From Eledone cirrhosa (taxonomy: Eukaryota), in assembly GCA_964016885.1 (NCBI GenBank), contig OZ024742.1, forward strand, positions 269,080,001 to 269,144,000: a stretch of DNA of 64,000 nucleotides, written 5' to 3'. Position numbers and translations under genes: made by a program. A model generated the notes under the pieces. That model had not been told where the DNA came from. It did no database searches and saw only the letters and a program-made list of their open reading frames with translations. Shown here in pieces: positions 1 through 13,619 of this stretch (the first letter of the stretch is position 1; every line of letters begins with the position of its first letter).

Positions 1-27
1 ACACGTAAATATACACACAAACACATG

Positions 28-94
<67 letters not shown>

Positions 95-95
95 C

Positions 96-1150
96 TTGGC
101 GCTCCCTACGGAGCTGCGACGACATCATCATCAAACCGGCGGACAAGGGAGGCGCTGTGGTAGTGTTGCCCGCCGACCTCTAGACAGCCGAAGCCCCCAG
201 TCAGCCCTGCAACCCCCTCTTCTAACGCCCCCTTATTCCGACCCCACCCCCCTCTACCAACAAGTTTCCTCCACCATGCAACACCTCGTCTCCGCTTGCA
301 TCGTCCCTCCCACCACCTCCCACCTCATCGTCCGCACCGCCCGGACCCCCACCATCTACTTCCTCCCCAAGACACAAATTAAGTCCCTTTACTCCGTCAC
401 ACCCCACACCGACTGCCTACGCTCCCTCCGACACTACTTCGACCTCCACCCCACAACCGTCCCGTTCACACAACCCTCCTCCACCTCGCCGAGCTGGTCC
501 TCACCCTTAACTGCTTCTCCTCTCAGGTGAATTTTGCCAGCACAAGAATGGGCACCAACTTTGCAAATCGTTTCGTTGGTCATGTTGAGGCCCAAATCTT
601 TGCCCAATACACCAGGTCCACGCCCGAACTGTATTGTCGGTACATTGACGACTGTATTGGAGCCACGACCCTCACCCGAGAACAGCTCGACTCTTATCTC
701 TCCTTCTTCTGCTCCTTCCACCCCTCCATCCACTTCACCTCCTCTATTTCCTACACCCACGTCCATTTCTTGACACAACTCTGTCACCATCAACCACTCC
801 CACCGCTCCCTCGTCACTCGGCCTTCTTCAAACCCACCGATGCTCACTCCAACCTCGACATGACCTCCATCCACGCTACACACAGGAAACACTCCATTAC
901 CTACTCCCAACTCCTCCGGATCCGTTGCATCTGCAGCCGAGATGCTGACTTCGAGACTCATCCCCTGTCTCTGGTCAGCCATTTCATCTGTAGAGGTTCC
1001 CACCCTTCCCTCGTCCACACCGCCGTCACTCGCGCCTGCGTAGTTCACCGATTCACCGCCGTCACTCCACTCCCCAGCGCCACCAAGCACTGTCTCACCT
1101 TCTCCCTCATCAACCATCCCTCCAGCCTAACCTCCACCACACTATTTTCA
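96..1150 (+). mobile_element. Degraded Penelope-like retroelement (Neptune-like) RT fragment
   Basis: DDIIIKPADKGGAVVV (DKG motif) at ~118-165; MGTNFANRFVGHVE...YCRYIDD catalytic motif and FKPTDAHS...SITYSQLLRIRCICS thumb region in ORF 527-1309; frameshifted. Confidence 0.85.
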
Positions 1151-1630
1151 CACAATCGCAACCATACTTACCCATGTATCCACACCACACAAAAACACAC
1201 ACACACTCGTGCGTATCCTCAGATAAACATACTTGGTCTCCGGACTCAACACGCCCCTTGTACACACCCCCCGCTCCGACATCTCCATCTACACGGACAC
1301 ACACACTGACTTACACGCCACCACACTGGTTTTCCTAGAATCCGAACATGGAACATCGTTCTTCCCCAAACTCTCACACTCACACCCACACATACACACA
1401 CACACACGTACACCTACACACATACACACGCATCACTTTCCGCCCTCCCCACACGGACCCCTTGTTTCCTACCGCCACCACTACACGGCTCAAACCCTTT
1501 CACCACTTATTTGCATTTTAATTTTTTTTACCATCATTTTAATTTTTTTTCCTTCCCTTTAATTTTTACCCCTCTTTTAATATTTTTCAACCACTCGCCC
1601 TCACACTCTCGGAACTCTTTCCCTTCGCAC

Positions 1631-1670
1631 TCTTCTCCTGATGAAGGGTTTATGCCCGAAACGTCGTCCT
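1631..1670 (+). ncRNA. Minimal hammerhead ribozyme-like motif at PLE 3' end (stem I not evident)
   Basis: CTGATGA-A-GGG-tttatg-CCC-GAAAC-GTC-GTC downstream of the PLE fragment. Confidence 0.55.
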
Positions 1671-1782
1671 CTACCCCCAACTCTCAAGTGTGAACCTAAT
1701 ACCTACACTGTTTGTACTGCACTCCTCGTTATTGTTTTTTTTTTTTATTTTTAACACACACACACTCACACACACACACACG

Positions 1783-1832
<50 letters not shown>

Positions 1833-1839
<7 letters not shown>

Positions 1840-1918
1840 ATAATAATAAATTTGAAGACTAAAAAATCCAAAGAGGGCTCGATAAGGATAAATATATATA
1901 AAATATATAAGAACCGTA
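1833..1918 (-). repeat. Short remnant of a Naiad-type PLE terminal repeat in (TA)n
   Basis: tagtaataataataaa.ttgaagactaaa..atccaaagagggctcgataaggataaatatata...taagaaccgta matches 46661-46745. Confidence 0.8.
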
Positions 1919-1949
1919 TATATATATATATATATGTATATAAAAACCG

Positions 1950-2002
<53 letters not shown>

Positions 2003-2409
2003 CAATTAACACTTAATACTCTACCATACTATTTCATTCTAATACCATTATATATGTGTATATAAAAACACTTATACAGACAGATATATAAAAATATAGA
2101 AAAAGGGAAGAAAGGGACACAATAAATATATATATATATATAAATATACTTAAGAATTGTAGTAAATGCTTATATTATCATAGGGCGCAAAATACCAAAT
2201 TAAAACACTTAATATGCTTGTACGTTCGCACAAGTATAACACTATGAAAATAAAAAATGTAATAAAGGGCGCAAGATATAAGAAAAAAACCTGTATATGT
2301 TTATGTGTACACACGAACATGGAGGTACAGACCAGAGACACAACTGTATGGATGCACACAGGTACACGTACAAATGCAAAAAAATGTTTGCGCACAAAAC
2401 TACACACGC

Positions 2410-2632
2410 ACGTATAGACAGAGGTGATGTCCAGGGTAAAGAGAATGTGGGAGGGACAAGGAGGGAAGGAGGAAGAGATGAAGAGTCTAACATCATGATT
2501 TGTATCGTGGATGTGGGAGGGGAGATTGCCGACCAACGAAGCGAGGATGGTGTCTAAATATTCAGAAATTATCTCCGGTGGGCAGTTGCACGCAGTAACG
2601 ATAGGACGGCCAGGATTATTTTATTGTGAAGC
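2410..2632 (-). mobile_element. PLE RT fragment (Neptune-like)
   Basis: Minus strand reads NNPGRPIVTACNCPPEIISEYLD and LPSHIHDTNH...ILFTLDITSVY. Confidence 0.8.
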
Positions 2633-3299
2633 CGGCGGTGAGCCTCAGCCCTATAGAGGTCAACGCTCCAAACCGCCACAGCGCAACCTTTCTCTGCGGG
2701 TTTTATACATACATATACATACACGTACATATATATCCAAACATACATACATATACATAGATACGTAAGCGCGTATTACGGCCATTCAATTGTATGCATA
2801 AAAATACATATATGGGTGGGTTAAGGTTCGAAAGTAAGGATTAAGAGGACTCAGTAAATGAGTGAAAGATCTAGGTGTGGTATGAAATAAGTGATGAAAG
2901 TTTGTGGTAATGGTCCAGCTTGGTTAAAAAAGAGAGACTGTTCAAGGTAAAAGTAAAGGAAATAAAGAAATCAATAGGTGTAAAATAAAATAAAGGTGTA
3001 ACATAAAATAAGTGTTGAATGTGTGATTCAGGTCCAGGGTGTTGAAAGTAAGAGGTATGTTTCAGGGTTAAAATAAGAGAGAGTGTTCAAGAAATGAAGA
3101 AGTCAATAAGTGAAGACATGAAGAAGTCAATAAGTGAATAATAGGGCCGTAATATAAAATAAATGTTGAATGTGGGATAAAGGTCCAGGGGGTTTAAAAT
3201 AAGAGAGTGTGTTCAAGCTGGATAAGTGTCAAAAATCGTATTATGATGCCGAGAAAGGAGTTGAGTTCTTTCTTATATGTGGGCAAATTTTAAAAATGT

Positions 3300-5600
3300 C
3301 AAAATTAGAGTTAAGACAGGTGTCGGGAGATTTCATATTTGGTCTAATCATGTATTTGTCTGTTACACACGGTACACCTTTTTGTGTCTTTTACACATTA
3401 TTTTCATTGGTCTAAAATAGATCCTCGCTCTTTCATCTCCCACACTCTATTTGACAGCACCGTATTTTTCTGCTTATCCTGGTGTCGAAAGGAAGAGAGG
3501 TGTGCATAACATCATTTTCTTAAGGTATCCTGGGTCATGCGCACATATCCGTTCTGCGGTAGAAGGTTGGTTGGTGTTAATAGGTCTTATAATTGCTTCA
3601 TATACAACAGATTTAATGTTGCATTTACTTTGCAAAGGACATTCGCCTGCATTTCTGCATGAACATCCTGACATTCCTCTGTCAGTTTTTCTAGTAGTGA
3701 TTTTCGATTTTATGGAAGGACTGCAAGAGTATCTAATCTTCACACATTTTCTATTATATTCATGGTGACGGGGAAAATGTTTATCTACTAATTCAAGGAA
3801 CTGTCTACCTTCATTAGATTTGAGTGCTAAAGAGAAGAGTAGTGTGAACCAGATTATTTTTATTTTCCTTTTAGAAGGGTTAGTGTGTTTAGAAATATAT
3901 TTAATTTGTTCAGTGAATCTGCTATTTGTAAGTGCCTTATTATATTAACGGTCTGCTTTATTAAATATTTCTCCAGAAGAAGATAGGGTAGATAACTTAC
4001 GGCTAATAATAGGGATGATATTTTTAAATACTGAGGGAGTTGGGGTGGCATTACAGTTTATTTATATAATTTAGTTTCTCATTAGGTTTATGCTAAGGTT
4101 TAATGGAAGCAGTGCGTAAGTCAAGGTTTATATCGAGGAAATTTACGTTCCTAAGATTAGTATCTATGGTAATTTTAAGGTTTAGATCAGAACATTTCTA
4201 ATTAAATCTTTACGAAATGTGTCAACGTCATGGCCATTGGTGGTATGAGTGACTGCTAGTCCGTCATCTCGATCTAACCCGATAGTGTGGTTTGTGAATT
4301 TCCCCTTTATTGTGTGTAGAAGGAATCAAGCCGACCAAATCACAAACCTCGGCACTGTAAAAAGAACTCAGAGAGACATCAAAAGAATTTTCTGGGTTTG
4401 ATTTCTTTACCCAAGTTTCATCTTTTGCTAAAAGTAGTGTTTTCCTAGCATTCAAAATTACTTCCTCGTCTAAATCGGATATATTAGAATAATTTTTCAG
4501 CGAATTCTAATGCTTTGGCTAGAAAGGAGTGAGTTATAGATGGGTAGAAGTCTATTTTATCGAACTGAGTGAATCTAGATATATTTCTTCAGGTATATTA
4601 TTAAACCATGAAACTACTGAAGATGTATTTAGCCATTGATAAAGTTCTGTTTTACTTCTTATTTTTAAGATTATATTTCTTAAGATTTTTTTTTACTGGC
4701 CAGACCAATTTCTGATTTAGCAGGGTTAATGAGTTTACAACTAGGTCTGTTATTGAAATTTATTTTGTGGTCTCTCAGTGTAATATATGCTTTACGTTTA
4801 GCTAGGCTTTCAGTTCTATTGTCTATTTTCAATTTACTTGCAATGTCTTTAGCTTCATTATTTATATTATTATACGTGTTACGTTTGGCTTTTTGATATT
4901 TAGTAGTGATACTATATATTAAGAGTTGGTTATATAATCGTTATTTACTTCATATAAGTTTGTAGTCTCATCAGAAAATACGAACTTATTATTAGAAGCT
5001 TTAATATTAGAAATATCATTAGCAAGTTTATTTTGAAAATTATTATTGTACTTACGAAACTTTAGTTGGTAAATCATATTAACTAAATAAGATTCAAAAG
5101 GGGCCATATCCAACCCAACTCTTGATGGGTATTTGCATGAATTGATGTCAAAGTACTCCTTTGAATTTATTCCGAATTGTCCATCAAAAAGCATAGCCTT
5201 CCATCTCATTCTTTGTACGACATTCTGGACAATCTCAATCAACATTTTGGTGTAAGAATCATTAGAAGGTGTCGGGATGTTTTTAATTGAGTAATCCATG
5301 TAATATAAATCCATAGTTAGTGTTGGTTAATTTTCTCATAACTGTAGACTGCTCAACTTATCAGGCTGAAAATTCTGCATAGATAGGCAGAATTTGTGCG
5401 GATCATTCACGTTGGGAGCTGTTTCTGTGTTTGGTAATTCGGAAGAAAAGGCAAAGAAAAAAGAATGTTCTATGTATAGAACAGAGCTATTCAATTAGAA
5501 AGTGAACAAGACAATATAAAACTAATCCATTACCAAAGGTTTCAGGACCCTAGACAATATTTATATATGTCTAGATCGTTCATGAGACAGAGATGTTATG
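3300..5600 (-). mobile_element. Degraded, near full-length Naiad-type Penelope-like element
   Basis: N-terminal YSIKNIPTPS...VQRMRWKA (4919-5314); RT FDVSLSSFYSAEVCDLVGL (4264-4455); CSCRNAGECPLQSKC CxCx5C linker plus VVYEA GIY-YIG start (3474-3743); TVLSNRVWEMK; degenerate hammerhead CTCATGA...hairpin...GAAAC at 5537-5590. Confidence 0.85.
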
Positions 5601-5768
5601 AATAGAATATATGAAATGAGATTTAAAAGCTGTTAAAAATTGGAAAGAGGCTGGAAAAATAAAGGAAAAATACATAAGAAAAAAATATATAAAATCTCAT
5701 GAACATTCATATGTAAGAAAAATAATATATAAGAAAATATATAGAAAATTATAAAAGCATATATATTC

Positions 5769-5801
<33 letters not shown>

Positions 5802-5852
5802 TACACACACACACACACACACACCACACCACACACACACATATATATATAT

Positions 5853-6312
5853 ATTAGGATTGGTGCTCTGAAATAGCGATGTATACATGAATGTATGTAT
5901 AGTATATTAGGTAATATACCGAATGTTTAATTAAAAAAAATTTAAAGACATTGCGCTATCATTTTAAAGAAGTGACTATGTCACTTACTTCTTTTTTTCG
6001 GCAAAACAAGGGAGAGAAGCTGGCAGATTATGTTTCACACTGTTGGTGTTCTTCAGAGAAACGTACTCCCCGACCTCTGCCGAATATTATAGAGGCTGGA
6101 TTCTTATAGGATTCCAGTAATAATCAGGAACTGATTATACAGAGCGATTGCCAGTCCAGCAAAAATTAAAAATTAGGATTGGTGCTCTCAAATACCGATG
6201 TATACATGAATGTATGTATATTGTATTTGGTAATATAACGTATGTTTGATTAAAAACATTTCGAAGACCTTGACCTTGCGCTATCATTTTAAAGTAGTGA
6301 CTATGTCACTTA
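5853..6312 (+). repeat. Direct repeat pair of ~140 bp (5853-5990 and 6172-6312)
   Basis: attaggatt(t)ggtgctct.aaata.cgatgtatacatgaatgtatgtata...gtgactatgtcactta occurs twice. Confidence 0.85.
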
Positions 6313-6347
6313 TTTTCTCCGAATGATTCTTGGTTTCAGAGTTAAGC

Positions 6348-6539
6348 ATAATTGTTTGTACTTTTGGCACAAGGCCAACACTTATCCAGTGTATTACTGG
6401 TACTTTATTTTAGCGACCCCGTAAGGATAAAAGGCAAAGTTAACCTCGGCGGGATTTTAACTCAGACCATAAACGAACGTGACTCTTTGCTGCAAAGTAT
6501 GGCGTCCGTCCCTCTACCGATACTGCCAATCTACCGCCC
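6348..6539 (-). mobile_element. tRNA-derived SINE
   Basis: Reverse complement has GGCGG...TGGCAGTATCGG (A box), a B-box-like segment, ATAAAGTACCAGT body and GGCCTTGTGCCAAAAG tail. Confidence 0.85.
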
Positions 6540-6867
6540 TTAAAAATAATGTAAATAAATTATTATAACGAAAATGACAGGTTATTAAAAACAATAATAA
6601 TTAAATATATACATACACGCATCCATATACGTACATACATGTGCAAACTCGAAAACACGCGCCATGCATGCATAAGGATACACGTACACGTAAACACGCG
6701 CACACATACATAAACACGCACGACATATGTACCCGCACACATACGAACGCATACACATACACATAAAAAAATATATGTGTATGTGTTTATACATATAATT
6801 ATATAAACGTATATAAATATACACACATAAAACTATTATTATTATTATTATGATTATTATTATTTCA

Positions 6868-6921
6868 CCCTGTCGTTGTCCCCTACATGTCGGCCCTTGT
6901 GGCTAATAAATGAAATCATTA
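6868..6921 (+). mobile_element. Extreme 3' end of Tx1-like LINE inserted after (ATT)n
   Basis: tgtcccctacatgtcggcccttgtggctaataaatgaaatcatt matches the reverse complement of 22720-22765. Confidence 0.75.
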
Positions 6922-7090
6922 CCATGCTTTCCAGCATAGTTACGTCCCTTTACGATCTCATTTCAAATCCCGCCGAGGTTGACTTTGCCTTTCATCCTTA
7001 CGGGCTCGATAAAATAAAGTACCAGTAATGCACTGGGATAAGTGCTGGCCTTGTGCCTAAAGTAGAAACAATTATTATTTTTATTATTAT
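6921..7090 (+). mobile_element. 5'-truncated tRNA-derived SINE
   Basis: Same body and tail as the other SINE copies, ending in (ATT)n. Confidence 0.85.
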
Positions 7091-7150
7091 ATATATATAG
7101 TGAAATAAGATAACAAGGACGATCGGTTACTCCTTCATTACGTTTATTGG

Positions 7151-8567
7151 TTGGTGACGCGTGTTTCGCCACTGATTAGCTCAAGGTTCGATCTGTATCG
7201 ATCTGACCCGACTCTGTAACGCGCGGCTCGGCAGAGCCTTTGTAATGTTAATGGAAAAATGAATACATGCTGTATGTTAAAGTCAGATATTCCTATGGTG
7301 GTCAGTAAAGTTTGTTTTGATTGGTGGATTAATTCATAGGGATGTTTTTGCCTGTAGTGTATATGGGTGTGGGTGTGGTGATAAGTCGGTGGTGTGTGGG
7401 TGTGCGTGTGGTGATAAGGTGGCTGAGATCATTAAATTGAAATCGGACATAAACTCAAGATCTGACAATTATAAAGTGCATACACACCAGGATGACCACC
7501 TTCTCTGCACAAATATTAGCCCGGGGTCCATCCACTAACGCTGACTCAACATAGGGATAACCACCTTTGCCTTGCCACAACGTGCCTCACCTCAGTAAAT
7601 TTGTCTTCTCTAAAATGTAACCCATTGAAAGATCAGATCTTGTAAATATCAAGACTCACCCAGCACTCCCACCACCACCACCACCACCAACAACAACAAA
7701 CACATCGCCATACATCCCTCATCTCAATACCATTGTGTGATAAGTGTCTTCTCAGTCAGGTTTTAACTTGTAGCCCATCGTAACATCCCTTCCTGTAAAT
7801 ATAATGTCGAACAAATCACCGGCCCCACCACCATCACCACCAAACAACTCGCCATACGTCCACCATCCCTCTTTTCAGTACCTAGTTTTCCCCGTGTTCC
7901 CTATGTCACTTTTTAACCTGTAATCCATCGTAAAATTCGATCCTGTAAATATCATCTCACACCCGCCACCACCATCACCACCAGGCACATTGCTATACTT
8001 CCACAACAATCAACATCACCAACACATATCACCCCTCCCTAAACAATGCATGTGTGTGTGTCTGTGGTTAAGACAATTTATACAACTGCCATCCCCACCG
8101 ACTATATATATACACATGTGTATGTATACAACGTATTTGTCAGAATAAGTGTGTCTATATATGTATCTCCTTATGGAAATGAAACCTCGAACACAATCAT
8201 CACATTAACATAAACACTGCAACCTTTCATCTTTATCACAAACAACAACACCACACACACACCACACACACAAAAAATCAGCCGCATCTACATGTCAAAC
8301 TGCCTACCGACAACCAGCACCCCCACACCCCGCCACTTCAACCTGCGCCGACACCACCTACTTATCACCACACCCACCCCCACATACACTACAGGCAAAA
8401 ACATCCCTATTAATTAATCCACCAATCAAAACAAACTTTACTGACCACCATTGGAATATCTGACTTTAACATACAGCATGTATTCATTTTTCCATTTACA
8501 TTACAAGGGGTCTGACGAGCCGCTGATTACAGAGTCAGGTCAGATCGATACAGATCGAGCCTTGAGT
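7151..8567. mobile_element. Non-coding PLE-type insertion with ~220-bp inverted arms carrying a hammerhead
   Basis: 7179-7398 is the reverse complement of 8350-8567; arms contain CTGACGA (8512) and, on the minus strand, GAAACACGCGTC (7156-7167). Confidence 0.8.
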
Positions 8568-8732
8568 GAACGGGGGGGGGGGGAGAGGGCGAAAAGGAGA
8601 TGAGAAATGAGAGGGTTGTAGAGAGAGAGAGATGGGAAGAGGAGGAACCTTTTCCATTCTCTCTCGCTATAGCCCTTTAATTTCTCATCTCTCTTTCTCA
8701 ATCTCTCTCATATTCCCCGTTCGATTTTTGAT

Positions 8733-9077
8733 TATATCTTAATCCAACCCAAATGTTTTACTATGCACATAGTATCCAGCTGTTAAGAGCTACCTTTCGC
8801 GCTGAGAATACTCAAATTTTATGAATATTCATATACACTCATCGCTTCAAAACTTTCCAATTAATCTTTATATTATATACAATAGAGATTTATATTGGTT
8901 AGTTAGCTGTTTGGCTAGTTGGTTGAATCACACGAAAACTACACACACATACACACCATCTCTCTCTCTCACACACACACACACAGATCTAAAGAGATAC
9001 AAACACAGAGGGAAACGCAGAAACAGCGAGATATGCCGTTATACAGAGAGTGATTGAAATTAAAGTATTAGATATTC

Positions 9078-9133
<56 letters not shown>

Positions 9134-10292
9134 ATATATATAGAGAGAGAGCGAGCGAGGGTAACGTCCCACAAATGTCTAGAAACGGCTTTAAATATGG
9201 ATCCGTTGATCTATAGGAAGGTTTAACAATATTGAGTTAGCTTTTATAAAGTCGTTTTCCAGTCTTTGAATTTACAGAACAAAGATAAATTGATACTATT
9301 TGAAATTAATCTACCCTCCAGCTTTTATCCATATATTGTTTAGAGACAGTACTAACGAAGTGAAACACTTCCAAAGGAAGTCATCGGAACCGCAGCAGCG
9401 TTTCAGATGAAGACCTTTAGGAGCTGAAAAATGACATACTGAATATGGTATTTCGCAACGTTTTAAATCCAAGGCCAATGCTATAATTTAATTGGAAGTT
9501 TACTCTCCCAGCCTAATAAGGAAGTGTTATGATTGTTTATTTTATGTCTCTCTCACACACACACATTACTGTCTCACCTCATACTGTAAACCAGAAAACA
9601 CATTCAATACACTCGTTTTCTCTTTTATCCGTCTTCCCGTAACTATTCTCCCAGGCAAAGCCTAGTACCTCAGCTATTGTTTTATATATGACTTCAGCCA
9701 AGCTCTCTACACTGAACGGGTAGCATGCGAGACGGAGGTAACTCTTTATATCTTTATTTTCTACCTCCGTTTTGTTTCTCCCGTTTTCGCCTCCCCTTGT
9801 TTCTCTTTTTGATTTTACCACCGTTACTTCCGTTTGTTGCTCTTCTGTTCCCATTCGAATGGAAAAAAAACTCTATCTTTGTATCTCCCACCATTGGCTC
9901 CCTTCATTTCTGCCACTGCCGCTGCTGTTTTTTTCACCTGCTGTTGCGGCTGCTCCCTTTCGAACAGTTAACAGCCTTTCTTTCGCCAATCGCGGCTTGA
10001 GGCGTACGTAACTTTTTGCTCTCTCATTCTTCTTTTCTAGCCTTTAAACAACAGAGATTTGATTCCTCTTGCGAGGTCGATAATCTTAGGCAGAGTCCCC
10101 GCTCCCTCACGCAAGAAACTATGTTGCGGTTTGATATTGCAGTAGGAGGCTTATGATTCTGAAAACGTTATGTTCCTTTTTCTAGTTAATCTTGTGGTTA
10201 TATCTTAACTCCACCAAGTCTGTTAATGTGCAAATAGTATCCAGCTGTTAACGGATGCCTTTCGCGCTGAGAATACTAAACATTTACGAAGA
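8733..10292 (+). repeat. Direct repeats of ~95 bp (8733-8828 and 10199-10292), possibly pseudo-LTRs
   Basis: tatatcttaa...atagtatccagctgttaa...cctttcgcgctgagaatact occurs twice. Confidence 0.7.
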
Positions 10293-10563
10293 TATATATA
10301 TAACTTGAAAAATAGACACCATTATAATGTAGCTAAAATAAAAGACGAATAAGCAGTAAGAAATATTGACAGTTGTCGTGCAAAGTATACCTACGGCATT
10401 CTTAGTATGGCAGCCTAAATTTGACACGCTCTTAAATAATTAAAAACCTGAATATAATAAGTGTTGCCTATATATAGACATGCACACCCACATAAACACC
10501 TCAAACACACATACATGCATACAGATACACACACACACACAGACGCGCACACATATATATAGG

Positions 10564-10662
<99 letters not shown>

Positions 10663-10778
10663 CGACGATGAATTAGTTTTGCGAGGTTTTTGATATGAGA
10701 TCGTGTGTCGAAACAAATATTGTTATAATTAGGGAGGGTCCTATTTGTGTAATAGTATTACATAAATATGACCCTCCT

Positions 10779-10849
<71 letters not shown>

Positions 10850-10863
10850 GTATATATATATAA

Positions 10864-10919
<56 letters not shown>

Positions 10920-11105
10920 AAAATGTATGACCACGACGTTTAGTTCACCTTAACGAGAACAATTGATTCACCTTAGCGGAGGATCCGTTAAGGTGAAACA
11001 ATTGTTCTCGGTATGGTGAAGTAACTGTTGTATAACCACTTCTACCTAAGTCGTTCCATGGACCGAGTAGTCTACCACTACGGATATTACTGTCCAGTGT
11101 TCTAC

Positions 11106-11157
<52 letters not shown>

Positions 11158-11567
11158 TATATGTCCCTATATATATATGTTTTTGTGTGTAGTCAACCCG
11201 TGGTGGTAGAGTCCGTACCGGACATAGAACTCAATGGGACATGAGTGCGAGTAATCCTGTGTAATCGATACAAATGTTCCGTGTTCCGCTGAGTTAACTC
11301 CTTAGATACAAGTAATATATTAGGTATTTAATTAACAATGAAAATAAAAACATCAAACTCAAATTAGTTCACCTATACATATCATTGTTTTACCATCGTT
11401 TCGGAGGGTTGATCATATTGATATATTGTCTGATCTATAGCATTTATATAACTGTATACTATCAGACCTCATATATAGGTTCGATCAGACCCTCTTCTTC
11501 GGAAACCATGATACGAATAGGTTAAATAATTTGACTTTGTTGTTTTTATTATCATTGTTAATTTATC

Positions 11568-11625
<58 letters not shown>

Positions 11626-11666
11626 CGAAACATAAGTCAATTGCATGAACTCATAATCCTTTATTT

Positions 11667-11722
11667 ACTGCTATATATATTTCGATGATAGCCATTGAAT
11701 GGCTATGACCTCATCAGGCAGT
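11667..11722 (-). ncRNA. Type I hammerhead ribozyme
   Basis: ACTGC-CTGATGA-GGTCATAGCCAT(tca)ATGGCTATCATC-GAAA-TATATATA-GCAGT: stem I and II pair, palindromic stem III, AUA site. Confidence 0.85.
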
Positions 11723-12593
11723 TAGTCAGTTCTTAGATATGCTAGCACTGTGTTTATAGTGTTGATGGTATCAGAGCCTTGGGACATATGAGTTTGCTAG
11801 GAATAATTTAATGTTGTCAGCAGGAATAGACTTAATCCTCATTGGTCAGTTTGTAGATGCTAGTAGGGTTGGTATTTGACATCAAAGAGGCAGGTGGTGT
11901 TGTAAAGTTCAAACTGTCAGGCAAGATGACAATAGTTCCATATGACTGATTTTCACAAAAAGCATTCCTGGTCAGATATATATTCAATTAAGATTAATAG
12001 TATGAAATAGATACTACAAGTCATTCTTAAATTGAGGAATTTATGTGGAGTGGTGCTACTGAAAATTATGGTTAGAGTAGAAAATTTACAAATAAAAATA
12101 CATATGTAGGTTGGCTTGCACGTACACTGACACCCACATCAACAGACACACACACACACACATCTACACATACAAATTGAGGAAATAATATGGGGTGGTA
12201 ATACTTAAAATAATGGTTAGAGTGCAATACTTAGATAATTTAGAAAATTTAGAAATAAAAGGCTTATGTTGGTTGACTTGTACATATAGTCAGACCTACC
12301 CCCTCAGACACACACACACATTTACACACACAAATCCATACAGGTGTGTATATACATATGTACGCACAAGTATACATATATATATATATAATATATATAC
12401 ATATATATAAAATATACATATATATAAAATATATATATATATAAAATATATATACATATATAAAATATATACATATATGAAATATATACACATATAAAAT
12501 ATACATACATATATATATATAAAATACACACACACATATATATATATAACATACATATACATATATACATACATATAAAATACACATATATAC

Positions 12594-12626
<33 letters not shown>

Positions 12627-12627
<1 letters not shown>

Positions 12628-12713
12628 ACGAAGGAAATGTGGTAAGGAACCAGGTGGACCATAACGCACCAAAGTACTCAATACTTGAGGTAGTACTTGG
12701 GGTCTTACTGGTT

Positions 12714-12715
<2 letters not shown>
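12627..12715. repeat. Fold-back micro-element in (TA)n (family copy 1)
   Basis: aacgaaggaaatgtggtaaggaaccaggtggaccataacgcacc is shared with 45574 and 52630; ggaaccag pairs with ctggttcc. Confidence 0.85.
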
Positions 12716-12761
<46 letters not shown>

Positions 12762-12780
12762 AATATATATATATATATAT

Positions 12781-12823
12781 AAAATCAGGTTCAATAAAAC
12801 GTGGTTTTGATGACTCCTAACCG

Positions 12824-12878
<55 letters not shown>

Positions 12879-13439
12879 CAGGTTCAATAAAACGTGGTTT
12901 TGATGACTCCTAACCAGAAGAGGATCCGGTGGACCATCCACTATCGGCACCACAAACTATGGGTGGTTGTTGTTGTCCATTGGTCATTGGTATGGGGTGT
13001 AGGGGACCTACATGGGGGGGGGGGAGATGCGTTGTGGGATGCCTTAACCTGGGTTTATCCATATAGCTTGATGAAAGTTCCCGTCCTTAGGTGTCAGCAG
13101 GCACCGAATAAGTCGGCCCTTCTGTTTAATAGCTAGGTTCCGACATGAAGAATCTCGGGAGTCTCACTAAGACAGAGGTTGCAAATACCAGACCCGCCTC
13201 TGTCTAGTGGAATCTTTCTAACCACGGACCAGACCAGAGAGTGCGGGGTCTTTTCAAGTTTGAGCTTCAAGATCAATTCAGAGAGGGCCGTACATTTCCT
13301 CTTATATATTCTGTTAAGGGAATGGCGATGGTTATACCACCGATCTTTGAAGCTCGTCGCTGTGGATCCTATGTAGTGGTGCTCCGAGTTAGGGGTTGTG
13401 ACCTTACACCTGTAGACTACGTTTTTCATCATGCATTCA

Positions 13440-13440
<1 letters not shown>
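12781..13440 (-). mobile_element. Naiad-type PLE 3' fragment (GIY-YIG endonuclease and 3' end, terminus duplicated)
   Basis: NVVYRC...YIGSTATSFKDRWYNH...TALSELI...CNLCLSE (13133-13432); terminal ~45 bp repeated at 12781 and 12874. Confidence 0.85.
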
Positions 13441-13517
<77 letters not shown>

Positions 13518-13619
13518 TATATAATCCTTATCGATCCCTATTCGGATTTTAATCTTCACATAATTTATTACAATATATATACATATATACACTTATATAT
13601 ATTTATATATATATATATA

